Positions 1 through 12,202 of a stretch of 64,000 bases of DNA are shown here, piece after piece. The position numbers and the translations under genes were made by a program. Where the stretch lies: NCBI GenBank assembly GCA_021613535.1, contig CP075495.1, positions 124,001 through 188,000 of the forward strand. The letters run 5' to 3'. The number at the start of each line of letters is the position of its first letter. Within the stretch, counting starts at the first letter, position 1. The notes beneath the pieces are model-generated. The model made no database searches and was not told the DNA's origin. It worked only from the letters and a program-made list of their open reading frames with translations. This DNA is from Adineta vaga (Eukaryota; Animalia; Rotifera).

Positions 1-780
1 AAATCCATAGATTTGACTGCGATAAAAGTTGTAGAGATGAAAATTCTCTATCGAATGACGTATCTGATAAAAAAATTTGAATGGATCATAGTCCTCAAAA
101 CACGAATACTAGAAGAATTTTGAAGCTTACATGCTTGGTATGATTTCGCTAAAAATAGCTCGTAGAGTGTTGTAAATCTATCCGGCGATAATCTTAGTCA
201 TCTAGAAAACACTTTATGGTCACTAAATAGCCTTTTTCTCAGAAGAAAATCGAAAAAAAATTGAAAAACCGGTTTGAGACCCATCACTTGAGAGCCGACG
301 TTCGGGCAGTTCCAGCACTTTGTTTTTAATTTAAAGTATACCATTCAATGTAGAATGAGTCACTCTACTTATTGAATACTAACTTACTCAGGAAAACCGC
401 TTGTAAGATACTAAAAACAAAAAATCACTGAAAAAAAAAGCATTTTTGAAAACCTTTTTTTTCTGGTATTTTGGGTCTAGGGAAGTCAATTCAAGTTAGA
501 TCAAGATGAATTTTATAGCTATTGTACACTCACAAAATCTCTTCAAAATGAGATGCTCCCCAGCCCTCCAGGATTAAAAATGATAAAATGCGAGCATAAA
601 CTCGAAAAACGGTAAAAAATGACCATTTTTGGTCAAGTTTTTAGTTTTGGACCTGGATCTCCACTAGAGAAGCAATTTAAACAAAAATAAACTACCATTT
701 TGCTATCAACTCGATGCGCTCTTTCCAACGAGGGCATCAAAATCGAAATCCAAAAATTATGAGGTGCCAGCTATACCGAG
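1..780. mobile_element. Right part of a probable non-autonomous DNA transposon inserted into the ATPase gene; left end outside the window
   Basis: The ATPase reading frame loses its plausible protein character near 780 (...KRGYIKN|). The junction reads ...ctataccgag|TA and upstream DNA is non-coding, with gatgcgctctttccaacgag-type motifs common in MITE arms. The second end is not visible. Confidence 0.45.
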
Positions 781-2527
781 TATTTTTGATGTAGCCTCTC
801 TTAATACATTCAGAACATAATTGAATGGCATATGACATTGCTTGACATAATCCAGCCAAACGAACTAATTTGTCGCTACTCTTTCGCTGGAATGCTCGCT
901 GTAAAGGTGTATACACTGGTTGTCCTTTTGCATCACGTTGTAATGATTTTTGATGTTCAGCATCAATAATACGACGAATACCATTGTAAGCAGATAATGT
1001 TGATCCATCTTGTTCAACATCAGCTTCTTTAATGTGAACAACAACACTCGGTTTTAAATTTGATATTGGCTCCGTTGCTGGAATTGGATTTGAAATCTTT
1101 TTTCTTGTTTCTTCTATATCCGGTGGAGCAGTAACTAAAAAAGACGAAAGATAAAAATATGGATGTGAATTAATAAAAACAATGAAAGAAACAATGCGAA
1201 GCTCGAACTCTTTCAAATACGAATCAAGCACTCGTCACATGCGACAGATTCGATGATTTTCTGTGACAATTCGATCTCAAGTTAAGTGTATTTACATAGC
1301 AGTTTGCAAAAGATATTAAACTACTCTCTCTCTCTCTAAACTAGCCAAAATTTTCATAGAGAATTATCGGATGACTGACACGCGATAAAAAACTCACTTA
1401 CTTTTGGTAAATCAGTTGGAGATTGATGTTCACCGAATACAAAAATTGGTTTGTATTCTGCTAATAAACGAAGTACGATCAGAATATGGACAATATTTGG
1501 TTGTACAGATAAAATTTCAGATGGTATCTTATTTGGAGTTTTATGAACCGATGTTGTTACAAATAAATATCGACTAATTGTACCGTCCGACATAATATCA
1601 CTATTGTATTGCCGACACACTGATGACAGCATGTTGCCAGTTGATGCTCCAAAGATATTTATGGAGCCACGTTTAATGAAAAACGATGATGATCCTGTTG
1701 TTCGAGATACATTTTTCATCACGTCATAACCTTGACATAATAGTTTAGATGCAACTGTTTTTACATCATTGTCAGTTGAACCAGCCATATAAACTCCAAA
1801 ACGTGTACTGATGACATCCAGTTCATCGCTTAAAATGAAAACGTTTTCCTAAAATAAAAAAAATAGAAAACTCTTAATGTATATCGTCCATGAATTTGAT
1901 ATCAACATTCTATAGAGTAATTAACTGTGAGGAGCTTCTACTAGTTTTATTTTCAATTTTTCACTAATCAAGTTCCATTTGCATCACTTACCCGTTTTGA
2001 AAGTCACTGGTATAATGATAGTTCGGTTTCGTTGTTGGCTATTAAATCGCTTGTACTTAAAATTTCTTTTCCATTGATAATGTCGACAATTGGTTTTGAA
2101 AAAAACGAAGGAAAGATTTTTTCTAACGTATTAATACTATTTTTGAAGACTCAGAATAAACCAGATTTATTTGTGCCTGAACAGTGAATAAGAATTAAAT
2201 AACGCATGAAACGAAAACGTAACCAAACTCACCAGGTTCACCGATCAAATGGGTAAATAAATTGATTGATGTAATATAGCTAGTACCATCGAGATTGTAA
2301 AGTTCCACTCCATCAAGCATCATAGCTGAATGTGCCAGCATACCAAATACAAATGGAGCAGTATCAACTCCTAATGCCTGATGTTGATCGAAAAAACGAA
2401 ATAATGCTGCTTGATTGAATAAACCAAAAACTGGCATGATTTCAAATGGAATTGGCTGAACATTGGTCAGTTTGACAATGTTTGAGCTGATTTGCACTGC
2501 ATATGGATCAGATTTCGTAGGTGGCAT
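781..2527 (-). pseudogene. Multi-exon P-loop AAA+ ATPase (DUF3987/MCM-like), copy 0, 3' part interrupted
   Basis: Spliced Walker A LIGEP-G|TNKS (intron 2177-2232, gtgag...ttcag), Walker B FILSDELD (~1820-1845), LLCQGYD..SRTTG, INIFGASTG, and arginine-finger-like DGTISRYLF. Collinear with the three other ATPase copies. Confidence 0.8.
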
Positions 2528-3774
2528 ATCTAAAAAATAGCAAATTTTAATTCATCATTCGTATATGAATAATTTGACAGAAAAAAGAATTAAATTAAAC
2601 TATACTCGACACATGTTCTACGAGAGACTCATTTCAGAGTACGTCACTTGATTCAAAGTGACTTGTTAAAGCGCTATCATACCGACAATTAAAATATTTA
2701 TACGTACTTTCAATAAAAATTTAGTTGAGAACACACAGTAAAAATATCAGCAAATTCACCGTTGTAATTTAGAACTCATTAGCCCAAGAGATAATCTACA
2801 AAATGAAAAGACGAATTGACTATTAGAAATTCACATTACTTACTTGCTGTTTTAATTAAAGATCAATAGATAATTTTCACTTTTTCAATGTTTAATTTTG
2901 TTATAAGTTTGATATTTTTTAACTTTAGTATTTATCGATTTAAGTAGTTTTTTCTATAAAGATCAAAATTTTTTGAAATCTAAAAAAGAAACTAAATGAA
3001 TATTTGTGTTTTTCGTTTGCTGCATATATGTGTATATAAATTGTTTTCGAAACAAAAAAAAAGTTGTTTTCTAAACGCAAAATACTGGAAAATTTCCTAC
3101 TGCAGTTCATCTTCAAGAAAATAATTTTACAAAAAGCTTATTCCTACTGACGTTTGAACTATTTGAAATTATCTGTCTTTACACTTATAGAATTGTGATA
3201 ATTAATTACATATACAATGAACGCCCGTCATGTATATTGAATGAACAGAACGAAAAGAAACTGAACGTCCATCACGTATACGTAAGGAACTGAATGAGAA
3301 AAGAAGGAGAACGAAAGAAAAGAAAAATGTCTTTACACATATCATTCGCTCTTTACTTATAATTGAAAGAAGAATATATCCAGGAAAAAGAATAACATTC
3401 TGATTTTTGTATCGTTTGGTATAATGTAATATAATGTGTTTTAACTTATTTTAATATGATATACTGCATTATTTTCAGTAATTAGTACAGAGGGGTATAA
3501 TTATATGAATTAAACAAGTCGGTAGGAAACCGACTTGAATTCAAACGAATTTATATGTTTTTCTTGTTTATTTTATTTTTAATAAAAAAAAAGAATGAAC
3601 AAATGAATGAATGAATGAAGAAAAAAATGTCATCATTGATAAAATTCAACATCTTTTGAGCTAATTTCAATAGAAGAATCCTAAAAGAACTACACAAATA
3701 TGAAAGAATAAATTTCTACGTTGATTTCGAAATATTCCATTGATCTCGTTGTTTAAAAAGACTTGTAAGTAACT

Positions 3775-3950
3775 AGGCATGCAACGGTGACGGTGACCGT
3801 TCATCGGTCCACCGGGATGAACGGTGCACCGGTCCACGGAGATCACCGCTGGACCGGTGAACGGTGAACGGAGGCCTAGTGGACCGGTGAGATCAGTGGA
3901 CCGGTGAGCCGATGAGAATGTGATACCGGTGGACCAGTGGACCGGCAAGA
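3775..3950. repeat. GC-rich cluster of (gg)accggtg motifs, probably the subterminal region of a DNA transposon disrupted by the LTR element
   Basis: Starts taggcatgcaacggtgacggtgaccg and contains several ggaccggtg/accggt copies in AT-rich surroundings. No matching other end found. Confidence 0.4.
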
Positions 3951-4142
3951 AAGTAAGAGCGGTGAATTGATAAGATGTGAGTCTTCATCAACATTAACAG
4001 TATATAATCATTATGTTTGTGATAATTTCTTCCAAGTGTCATGACGTTTTCATTATACTTGTACATTTAGTCATTTTTCTCCGATAGAAATCCTTAATAT
4101 TTTGTGTTATATTGAAAGACATGAGATTTATTTCCATACTGT

Positions 4143-4424
4143 TGTTACAGGCGACACCTATCTCTTCATATTCTAGTCTTCTCTTTCTTTTCATTGATCT
4201 CGTCTTTCATCTCTCTCTCGACCTAGATCCTTTCTTTTGATGATATCATCTCTTTCTTCTCTTTATTCGTGATATATGTGTATTCACTTTTCTTTGTGTG
4301 ATTATATATATATATATGTTTTTCTCAGTAAAGAAGAAAAAGAGAAGAGAGTGGTGTGACGTGTGTGTGTTTTTTACATTTTTCTAAATAAACTACGAAC
4401 AGAAACACATTTGTCTCTCTAATA
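4143..4424 (+). repeat. 5' LTR (~282 bp)
   Basis: Starts TG, matches 12036-12202, contains aataaa near 4387 and ends just before the PBS. Confidence 0.9.
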
Positions 4425-4426
4425 TT

Positions 4427-4444
4427 TGGTGCCGTGACCGGTTA
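4427..4444 (+). promoter_or_regulatory. Primer-binding site, tRNA-His type
   Basis: tggtgccgtgaccgg directly after the LTR. TGGTGCCGTGA is complementary to the 3' end of tRNA-His. Confidence 0.8.
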
Positions 4445-4718
4445 TTTTTATTATCCTCCGATAATAAAGATCTTACCGGAACTTAAATCATTCTTGAATA
4501 ACAACACGTTCAAGTAAGTCACATAATAACTTCTCTCCCGTTTGCCATTTCAGCAAGCCAAGAGGTATCCTTCGACGGAATAACCTGCTTCATTTACCAT
4601 TACAACGGCGTATAGTTTAAGAAGTTCACATCTTGATCCGGAATATACCGGCGACATACTGACCAGCACATCGGAACGTATCTTTAAGAAGGTAACGCTA
4701 CAATCACAAACAACTGAT

Positions 4719-5702
4719 ATGGGCGAATCAGAAGAACACGTACCAACTACACCTAGCAGTACATCAGGTTCAGCCATGATGATCTGCTATCGGGAATGTC
4801 TTTCAAATATGGTGAAATTCACCGGTAACGAAGAAGAAAAAATAACGAAATTCATTAGTAATATTGAACGAATCGGAAAAATGATAAACGCAAACGATGA
4901 TATCCTTTACTGCATGTGCACAGCTAAAATCGATGGCGAAGCCAAACGATGGTATGAAAACAACACGTCTCTGATCAATTGGGAACAATTAAAACCAGCA
5001 TTACTGGAACGATTTACAACACCCGATTCTTCGACGAAAATATTCGAACAACTGAAGGAACGCAAGCAAAGACCGGATGAATCAATCACATCATTCTATG
5101 ATACCATTACTAAATTATGTCATGATTATGATCCAGAAATGTCCGAAAAGATGAAGGTGTCATGGTTAGAGAATGGTGTGAAAGATTCATTGAAGATTCT
5201 AATCAAGCGTCAAATAAAATTACTAGCTGAACAAGCGCGCACAACAAAAGCATTTCTGAAAATCCCCAAGGGTGAACAGGAATTACAAGAGGAACGAGTG
5301 TCAGTTCCTGATCCTACACCATCGTACATGTCATACTTTACGAATACAGTCTCCAGAACAAAACCTCAAGCAGCAGAAGGACGACTCAATTTATCATCAT
5401 CGACACATACTAGCTTGCCGGACGGATCTAAGAATCAAATCCACAGTACTACACCACAATCGCGGTGGTCGGTACCTAAATCTCGATCGACAACATTTCA
5501 ACAATACGATCAATCAATGGCATCCAGAAACAACAAACCAAAAACAATAATGAAAAATTCCATGCGTCAAAGAAGCTCATGTCTCATATGCAAGCGCAAC
5601 AACCACCGATCAATCGATTGTTATTACAAAAAACCGACAGGATGTTACAAGTGCGGACAATCCGATCACCGAATTCGTGACTGTCCGACGGTTTTCTACT
5701 AG
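4719..5702 (+). CDS. gag: Gag with two CCHC zinc knuckles
   Basis: Capsid-like KF.G...AKRWY...WEQLK..LLERF...QRPDESITSF; knuckles CLICKRNNHRSIDC and CYKCGQSDHRIRDC. Confidence 0.95.
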   Translation: MGESEEHVPTTPSSTSGSAMMICYRECLSNMVKFTGNEEEKITKFISNIERIGKMINANDDILYCMCTAKIDGEAKRWYENNTSLINWEQLKPALLERFTTPDSSTKIFEQLKERKQRPDESITSFYDTITKLCHDYDPEMSEKMKVSWLENGVKDSLKILIKRQIKLLAEQARTTKAFLKIPKGEQELQEERVSVPDPTPSYMSYFTNTVSRTKPQAAEGRLNLSSSTHTSLPDGSKNQIHSTTPQSRWSVPKSRSTTFQQYDQSMASRNNKPKTIMKNSMRQRSSCLICKRNNHRSIDCYYKKPTGCYKCGQSDHRIRDCPTVFY

Positions 5703-5734
5703 CTGGAACCCATGATGGTGGTAATTCCAGTAAC

Positions 5735-8700
5735 ATGAAACGAAATCCATCAACACCCAACATTCTCTCTCCACGAATATCAAGTCCTATCTACATTAAC
5801 GTACAAGTAAATAACAAACAACAACATGCCATTATCGATACTGGATCCGCAGTCACCATCATTAATCAACAACTATTAAAAAACATCTATCATAAGAAAT
5901 TCATTCCCAAGGAAAAATCACACAAATCAGCGAATTGCACAGCGATCAGCATTATCGGTGAAATCGAACTCGAAATTAAAATACAAGGATACAAAACGTC
6001 AATCTTAGCTGATGTCGCAACAAACCTAATCACAGATTTATTACTTGGGAATGACTGGATCCAAGCGAACAACATCATTATTGACTGTCCGAAACAATGC
6101 ATTTTTCTTAGTGATCATTACCATCGAATAGTAGCAACAGCGTCATTTATCGAACCACCCGACATCCAACTGCCAGTATTCTTACTCAACGACGCTACTC
6201 TTCCACCGTACTCAGAAACATGCGTCAATGTGAAAGCGCAATTACCTGATAATCCGACAGCCGAAGTACTATTCGAACCCACTCCAACTTTCTCTCTCAA
6301 ACAGATATTATTAACACATGCATTACTTACAATGGAAAATAACATTAGTGCACTTACCATCATTAATGCGACCGAGCGTCCACGGAAATTATCAAGGAAT
6401 ACAAAACTAGCACATATTAGTTATCAAAATATGCCAGGCAACTATATCATCGTACCCGTTTTACCAAGCACAAAACCTATTCGACAACCTAATCCAAAAA
6501 CTATTCGATTTGAGAGGAACACCCATCATCAGGAGAGTTCCTGTTCATCATCATCAACAAATCGAAAGAGGAAAGTCAATTTTACAGACACTTCTTGGGA
6601 ATCGAAACAACCTGTCAAACAACATCAATGCTACGTTTGTGAAGAAATATTCCTTACCAGAAACGACTTACAAGAACATCTGCGACGAAAATGCTATCCA
6701 CAAGATATACGAGAACAAATCGAAGAATTAACATCACACATACAAAACAAAGATCACCAACAAGCAATACAAAAAATCTTATGGAAATATGGCAAATTAC
6801 TTGATCTTCGTAAATCATCTATTATCATAGGAACGGTTCGGCATGCACTAGAGACTGGTAATCATCCACCAGTCTTCACTCCACCATACCGTGTCTCGTA
6901 CAAGGACGAACGGATTCGACAAGAGGAAATAAATAAGTTATTAAAACAAGGTGTGATCGAAGAATCAACATCTCCTTGGTCTTCACCGATTGTTCTAGTA
7001 CGCAAGAAGGATGGTTCAGTTAGATTCTGTATCGATTATAGAAAACTGAATGCCATTACGACGAAGGATGCATTTCCAATACCTCGAATCGACGACATCT
7101 TTGACCATTTATCACAAACCGGTTATTATACAACGATTGACTTCAAATCCGGTTATTTTCAAGTTGGTTTAGATGCGAGAGATCGTCCAAAAACAGCATT
7201 TTCAACCCGAGATCAACATTATCAATTTACAGTGTTACCACAAGGAGTTACGAACGGTCCACCAGCATTTCAACGTATTGTTAGTCAAATTCTCGGACCT
7301 ACAAGATGGAAATACGCATTAGCATATTTAGACGATGTCATCATATATTCACCAACTTTCGATCAACACTTAGTTCACCTGGATGATATTCTGAATCGAT
7401 TACACGAAGCAAACTTTCGTCTCAACGTTGGAAAATGCCACATAGCTCAAACATCGATCGATTATCTAGGTCATCACATCGAACACGGGAATATCAAACC
7501 GAACGCTGACAATATTCGTGCTTTATTGGAAACTCCTCAACCAGCAACAGCAAAGGAAGCATTTCGATTCGTCAAGGCAGCAGAATATTATCGAAAGTTC
7601 ATACCAAAATTTTCTATGATAGTACAACCTCTGTACAAGTATGCGCCTACTACGAAAGAACAACGATCAAACAAAATGCCAGCTGTACCCATTCAACTAT
7701 TAGACGACGAACTTCATGCATTCCATGAATTGAAACAAATATTAACAAATGACCTAATATTACGCATACCCGACGAAAATCTACCATTTAAAATTCAAAC
7801 CGACGCATCAAAAATCGGAATAGGAGCTGTCCTGATGCAAACCCATTCGAATGGAGATTTACCGGTAGCATACTTATCAGAGAAATTTACAACAACACAA
7901 CTGAACTGGCCCGCAACGGAACAAGAATGTTATGCCATTATACATGCAATTGAAAAATGGCACAAATATTTAGATGGACGTGAATTTATAATCGAAACAG
8001 ACCACAAACCTCTGTTACCATTCAACTTAAAACAGCAACTGAATTCCAAATGCGAACGATGGCGTTTGAAGCTGCAACAGTACAAGTTCACTATTCGATA
8101 TATCAAAGGAAAACACAGTACAGTAGCAGACTATCTATCACGTTCACCTTCAGACAACGCATCCGGCGATCTAGACGATTATGTTCCTACGAGATCGCAA
8201 ACAACACAAACCGAAAGCTCGCTGGTAACATCTATCATAACATCCGTCACCACCCGAGCTCAAATGAAACGACAACAACAAAACCAGAAGAACAACGATC
8301 ATCCGATCGATCAATCCCACGATGGACAACCGAAGAGGAACGATGACTCACTAGAAGACAGTTCCTGCGTCCAGAAGCATATTCAACACCAACAGCCGGT
8401 GGAGGTCGACAATCGAATCATACCGTTCACCCACGAACAACTCAAAGAACTACAGCATCAAGACGAAGAAACGAAACATATTACGATGAACATTGACAAG
8501 TTCGACGAATACTTTGTACAAGATGATATGTTAATGAAAAATTCAACACCACCAGTACCTTACGTACCCAAAGGACGTATTCGATCAGACATTATAAAAA
8601 TTTATCATGATACACCAGCAAATGGAGCACATTTTGGTCGAGATCGAACAACCCATAGGATTCAACAACGATACTTCTGGCCTAATATGATATCCGACAT

Positions 8701-9643
8701 ACGCGACCATATTAAAAGTTGCATTCCTTGTTTACAAAACAACCACACACGACGAAAGCCACCAGGTCTATTAAAACCAATCAAACCACCAGAAGGAATA
8801 TGGCAACTACTTACCATGGATTTTCATGGACCAATAGTACCAACCACAAAAAATGGAAACAGATACATCATCTCATTAACCGATGTCCTGTCAAAATTCA
8901 TCATTACAAAAGCAGTACGTGATTGTACCGCATCTACAGCAGCAAAATCCGTTACTGAAGAGGTGATCCTTAAATATGGAACTCCTAAATGCATTCTCAC
9001 CGACAATGGTACACATTTTACCGCTTCGATGATGACTGAATTATTCAAGAAAATTGGTGTTACTCATTTATACTCCACACCTTATCATCCGATGACAAAC
9101 GGACAAATCGAACGATATAATGCAACAATGGATGCAAAAATAGCTGCACTATCAAATGAAAATCGAACGAACTGGGATGAACAATTGCCTTTCGTTACAT
9201 TCAACTACAATACTAGTATCCATTCAACAACCGGACAAGTTCCATTCGAAATGATGTACGGTCGCTCACCGACATTACCCTTCGATCAACAACAACCCGT
9301 CGTTTCACTCACACAAGATCCACAACACGCTTACAAACTACAACAATACCTGTCGACATTAGCCGAACAAGCAAAAGACAATATTTTATATCGTCAGATG
9401 AAATACAAACAACGATATGATCGATATCGAACGAATCCGACACACAAAATTAATGATTTAGTACTCATCAAAACACTCTACCGTCGAAGCAAATTTGACA
9501 TTCGATACGAAGGACCATTCCGCATTATAAGACAATTAGGTACAAAAACATTCATCGTTCAACATGTAAAAAAACCGACACTTATCAAACAAGTTACAAT
9601 AGATGTCATCATATCTCTGTTTGAACGGAAAAACATGGACTAA
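5735..9643 (+). CDS. pol: Pol polyprotein (protease, RT, RNase H, integrase), in the -1 frame relative to gag
   Basis: IIDTGS protease; RFCIDYRKLN and YLDD RT; TDAS/TDH RNase H; HHCC zinc finger; MDF, TDNG and IER integrase triad. Open over 1302 aa. Confidence 0.97.
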   Translation: MKRNPSTPNILSPRISSPIYINVQVNNKQQHAIIDTGSAVTIINQQLLKNIYHKKFIPKEKSHKSANCTAISIIGEIELEIKIQGYKTSILADVATNLITDLLLGNDWIQANNIIIDCPKQCIFLSDHYHRIVATASFIEPPDIQLPVFLLNDATLPPYSETCVNVKAQLPDNPTAEVLFEPTPTFSLKQILLTHALLTMENNISALTIINATERPRKLSRNTKLAHISYQNMPGNYIIVPVLPSTKPIRQPNPKTIRFERNTHHQESSCSSSSTNRKRKVNFTDTSWESKQPVKQHQCYVCEEIFLTRNDLQEHLRRKCYPQDIREQIEELTSHIQNKDHQQAIQKILWKYGKLLDLRKSSIIIGTVRHALETGNHPPVFTPPYRVSYKDERIRQEEINKLLKQGVIEESTSPWSSPIVLVRKKDGSVRFCIDYRKLNAITTKDAFPIPRIDDIFDHLSQTGYYTTIDFKSGYFQVGLDARDRPKTAFSTRDQHYQFTVLPQGVTNGPPAFQRIVSQILGPTRWKYALAYLDDVIIYSPTFDQHLVHLDDILNRLHEANFRLNVGKCHIAQTSIDYLGHHIEHGNIKPNADNIRALLETPQPATAKEAFRFVKAAEYYRKFIPKFSMIVQPLYKYAPTTKEQRSNKMPAVPIQLLDDELHAFHELKQILTNDLILRIPDENLPFKIQTDASKIGIGAVLMQTHSNGDLPVAYLSEKFTTTQLNWPATEQECYAIIHAIEKWHKYLDGREFIIETDHKPLLPFNLKQQLNSKCERWRLKLQQYKFTIRYIKGKHSTVADYLSRSPSDNASGDLDDYVPTRSQTTQTESSLVTSIITSVTTRAQMKRQQQNQKNNDHPIDQSHDGQPKRNDDSLEDSSCVQKHIQHQQPVEVDNRIIPFTHEQLKELQHQDEETKHITMNIDKFDEYFVQDDMLMKNSTPPVPYVPKGRIRSDIIKIYHDTPANGAHFGRDRTTHRIQQRYFWPNMISDIRDHIKSCIPCLQNNHTRRKPPGLLKPIKPPEGIWQLLTMDFHGPIVPTTKNGNRYIISLTDVLSKFIITKAVRDCTASTAAKSVTEEVILKYGTPKCILTDNGTHFTASMMTELFKKIGVTHLYSTPYHPMTNGQIERYNATMDAKIAALSNENRTNWDEQLPFVTFNYNTSIHSTTGQVPFEMMYGRSPTLPFDQQQPVVSLTQDPQHAYKLQQYLSTLAEQAKDNILYRQMKYKQRYDRYRTNPTHKINDLVLIKTLYRRSKFDIRYEGPFRIIRQLGTKTFIVQHVKKPTLIKQVTIDVIISLFERKNMD

Positions 9644-10218
9644 ATATATTTGGATTAATAAATCGAATTTTATATATATATATTAAACGTATGTATAACA
9701 CACGTGTTTACAAGCCATTCACAGTCTCTTCTTTTCTTTCCTTTCCTTTCCTTCCACTATGTATACATATATCTTCTTTCTTTCCTTACACCTATTCCAC
9801 CGTATACTTCTTCACTAGGATCTTTTATCTTTCCTGTCTATTCGAGTTCACCGCTTTACTACATATATAACAATTCTTTTATCTTCCAAATCGATCCATA
9901 TATTACGATCGAACATCTCACTTATCGAATCAGAATAACAAAGCGTTTTTCTTTTTATATGGAGGTATAGAGAATACCCATTTTATTATAGCCATTTTAC
10001 TCAAATGGGACGATGGCAGAGGGTTCATGTAAATCCTGAAGATATTCACTTACTTTTCACACTTTAGATATATTAGCTAATAATTGGACTCATTATATCA
10101 ACATACACCATCAACAAACACAATCAACAAACACCAACAAGGAAAGTTTTTTTTCTTCTCTCTCTCTTCTTCTTCGTTTTTCTTTGAATTTGTTTTATTT
10201 ATATTCAGCATAATCAGG

Positions 10219-11781
10219 ATGGACCGAAAGAGTTCATGCTCAAGAAAATATTATAATGATCGATATATTCCACCATTAGAAGAATTATTGCGACGAAATG
10301 AACGATGGAACCCGAAGAAAGCAAAAAAAGAACGTGAATTACAAGAATTATGTCGACAAGGAAAATTAAAACCATTCGAACAACCAAAAAATTATTCTCG
10401 TTATTATATTCATGAAAAAACCGACATGGAAACAATGGATAAATTAATCGATGAAGCAAAATTAACGTTTAATTATACATTGGATACAGAAGGCGATGCA
10501 TACAATCGAATCTCAGCAGCAACAATTCAAGTCGAATTCATTCGTCCAAATTCACCATCTATTGTTATAATAATAGAAGTGAATTATTTACCACCAATCA
10601 GCTCGCCGTTATTTACAAAAATTCGACAATTATATTCGATTATTTTCACATCGAACAATCGTATTTATGCTTGGGGTTACGTAGCTGACGAATTAAAATC
10701 ATTTATGAATTTGAATTTGTTTAGTGGTCAAATCAAAGCAGATGGCGTCAATGTTCAAAATGAATATGATCGATATGAACTATATGGTCTACAAGCTGTG
10801 ATCAAATCTACATTCGGCCAGTATTTAGATAAAACAGCTACACTAGCCAAATGGTCATGTGGTATCGATCGTTCTCTCGACACATATAAGCCGAAATACG
10901 TCCATGGTCGAGAATATGATTATCGTGTACAGGAAGAAACAAAATATCGACATATGTTAGAAGAATATGCGATTAATGATGTTTTCGCTGTTACAAAAGT
11001 CGCTTATGATATGAATTAAATTAAATTTGTATTAACACCACCAGCAACAGTCGAAAATGAAAAAGATGTTCCAGTCGAATCAACAACTCAACAAGAACCA
11101 TCAGTTGAATTAAAACCACCAAATCGAGATGAGCCTGAAGCTCATGCATATGTTGATTCAAAAGAAGAGGAACATCCAGGCCAACAAGAATCGATAAGTA
11201 TTGAACTTGAACTAACACCATCTGATCTTGATATAGGTATATTCGACCACGAAAATGAATCATCGCCCGTCGAAATGGAAGAAGAACCAATGGAATCACC
11301 ATCACAAAAAGTTCAACCAACACCACATGTATATGAACCAATAAGTGATGACGAATTTCCAGAAGTTATGAAACTTCATCGACCATTTCCACAACCTGAT
11401 CCAATACCAGAAGAAAGAAAGAGAATTCATGCTCTGGATGAATCACAAAAGGTAAGAAATTCTTATTATTTGGGTCCACAGTTATATTTACAGGAAAATC
11501 CAACACCAAATCAAATAAGTAATCGTCGACGCCGATCAAATCGTTATCGATCAGAAGTCATTTATCCTGTCCATCGATTATTCAAACATGCTCACATCAA
11601 ACAAATATTACGATCAAAGAACATCCAATTTTTGAACATCAACATCAAGCATGGAAAAGTATTTATTGGAGTGAAAAGTCCAACAGCAGCTGATCAACTC
11701 GAAGAACTTTTTCATAGTCGAAGTTTTGATGAAGATCATTATTATCGATTCAGCAAGAGGAAGAAGAGAAGAAATCATTAG
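10219..11781 (+). pseudogene. ORF3: DEDD(y)-type 3'-5' exonuclease with acidic/Pro-rich linker and basic C-terminus; one in-frame stop at 11017-11019
   Basis: YTLDTEGD (ExoI), YAWG..ADE, GLQ...LDKT..KWSCGID, YAINDV (ExoIII). The ORF at 11275-11781 is in the same frame and the intervening codons are open. Confidence 0.8.
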
Positions 11782-12035
11782 GTATATAGACATATTTTTT
11801 TTTTCCTTTCCTTCCATCGTTTGAAATGTATACGCGTGTTTCTTTTTTTATTTTCGTTATTTTTCTCGTTCTTCCTATATGAACATATATATATATACAT
11901 ATACACATATAGACATTTTTCTTTCCTTTCCTCGTTTGTTTTTTCGTTATTTTTGTCACGTTCATTGTTAAATTTTTTTCTTTCGTTCTGTCAGATATAT
12001 GTGTGCGGACACACATCGTTCTGCGTTGGGTCGAC

Positions 12036-12202
12036 TGTTACAGGCGTCACCTATCTCTTCATATTCTAGTCTTCTCTTTCTTTTCATTGATCTCGTCTTT
12101 CATCTCTCTCTCGACCTAGATCCTTTCTTTTGATGATATCATCTCTTTCTTCTCTTTATTCGTGATATATGTGTATTCACTTTTCTTTGTGTGATTATAT
12201 AT
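12036..12202 (+). repeat. 3' LTR, truncated at its internal (TA)n tract
   Basis: Matches 4143-4309 with one substitution seen (gcgAcacc vs gcgTcacc), then switches abruptly to cggcctttcc. Confidence 0.92.

Larger units (their letters stand above)
4143..12202 (+). mobile_element. Ty3/gypsy LTR retrotransposon with gag, pol and an extra ORF3; 3' LTR truncated
   Basis: Two LTR copies starting tgttacaggcg (4143, 12036), a PBS, and domain order gag-PR-RT-RH-IN. Confidence 0.97.

Noticed and set aside
2530-3770. Upstream terminus of the element carrying ATPase copy 0
   Set aside because: Cannot be placed because the other end and TSD are outside the window; its KDZ partner is only predicted.
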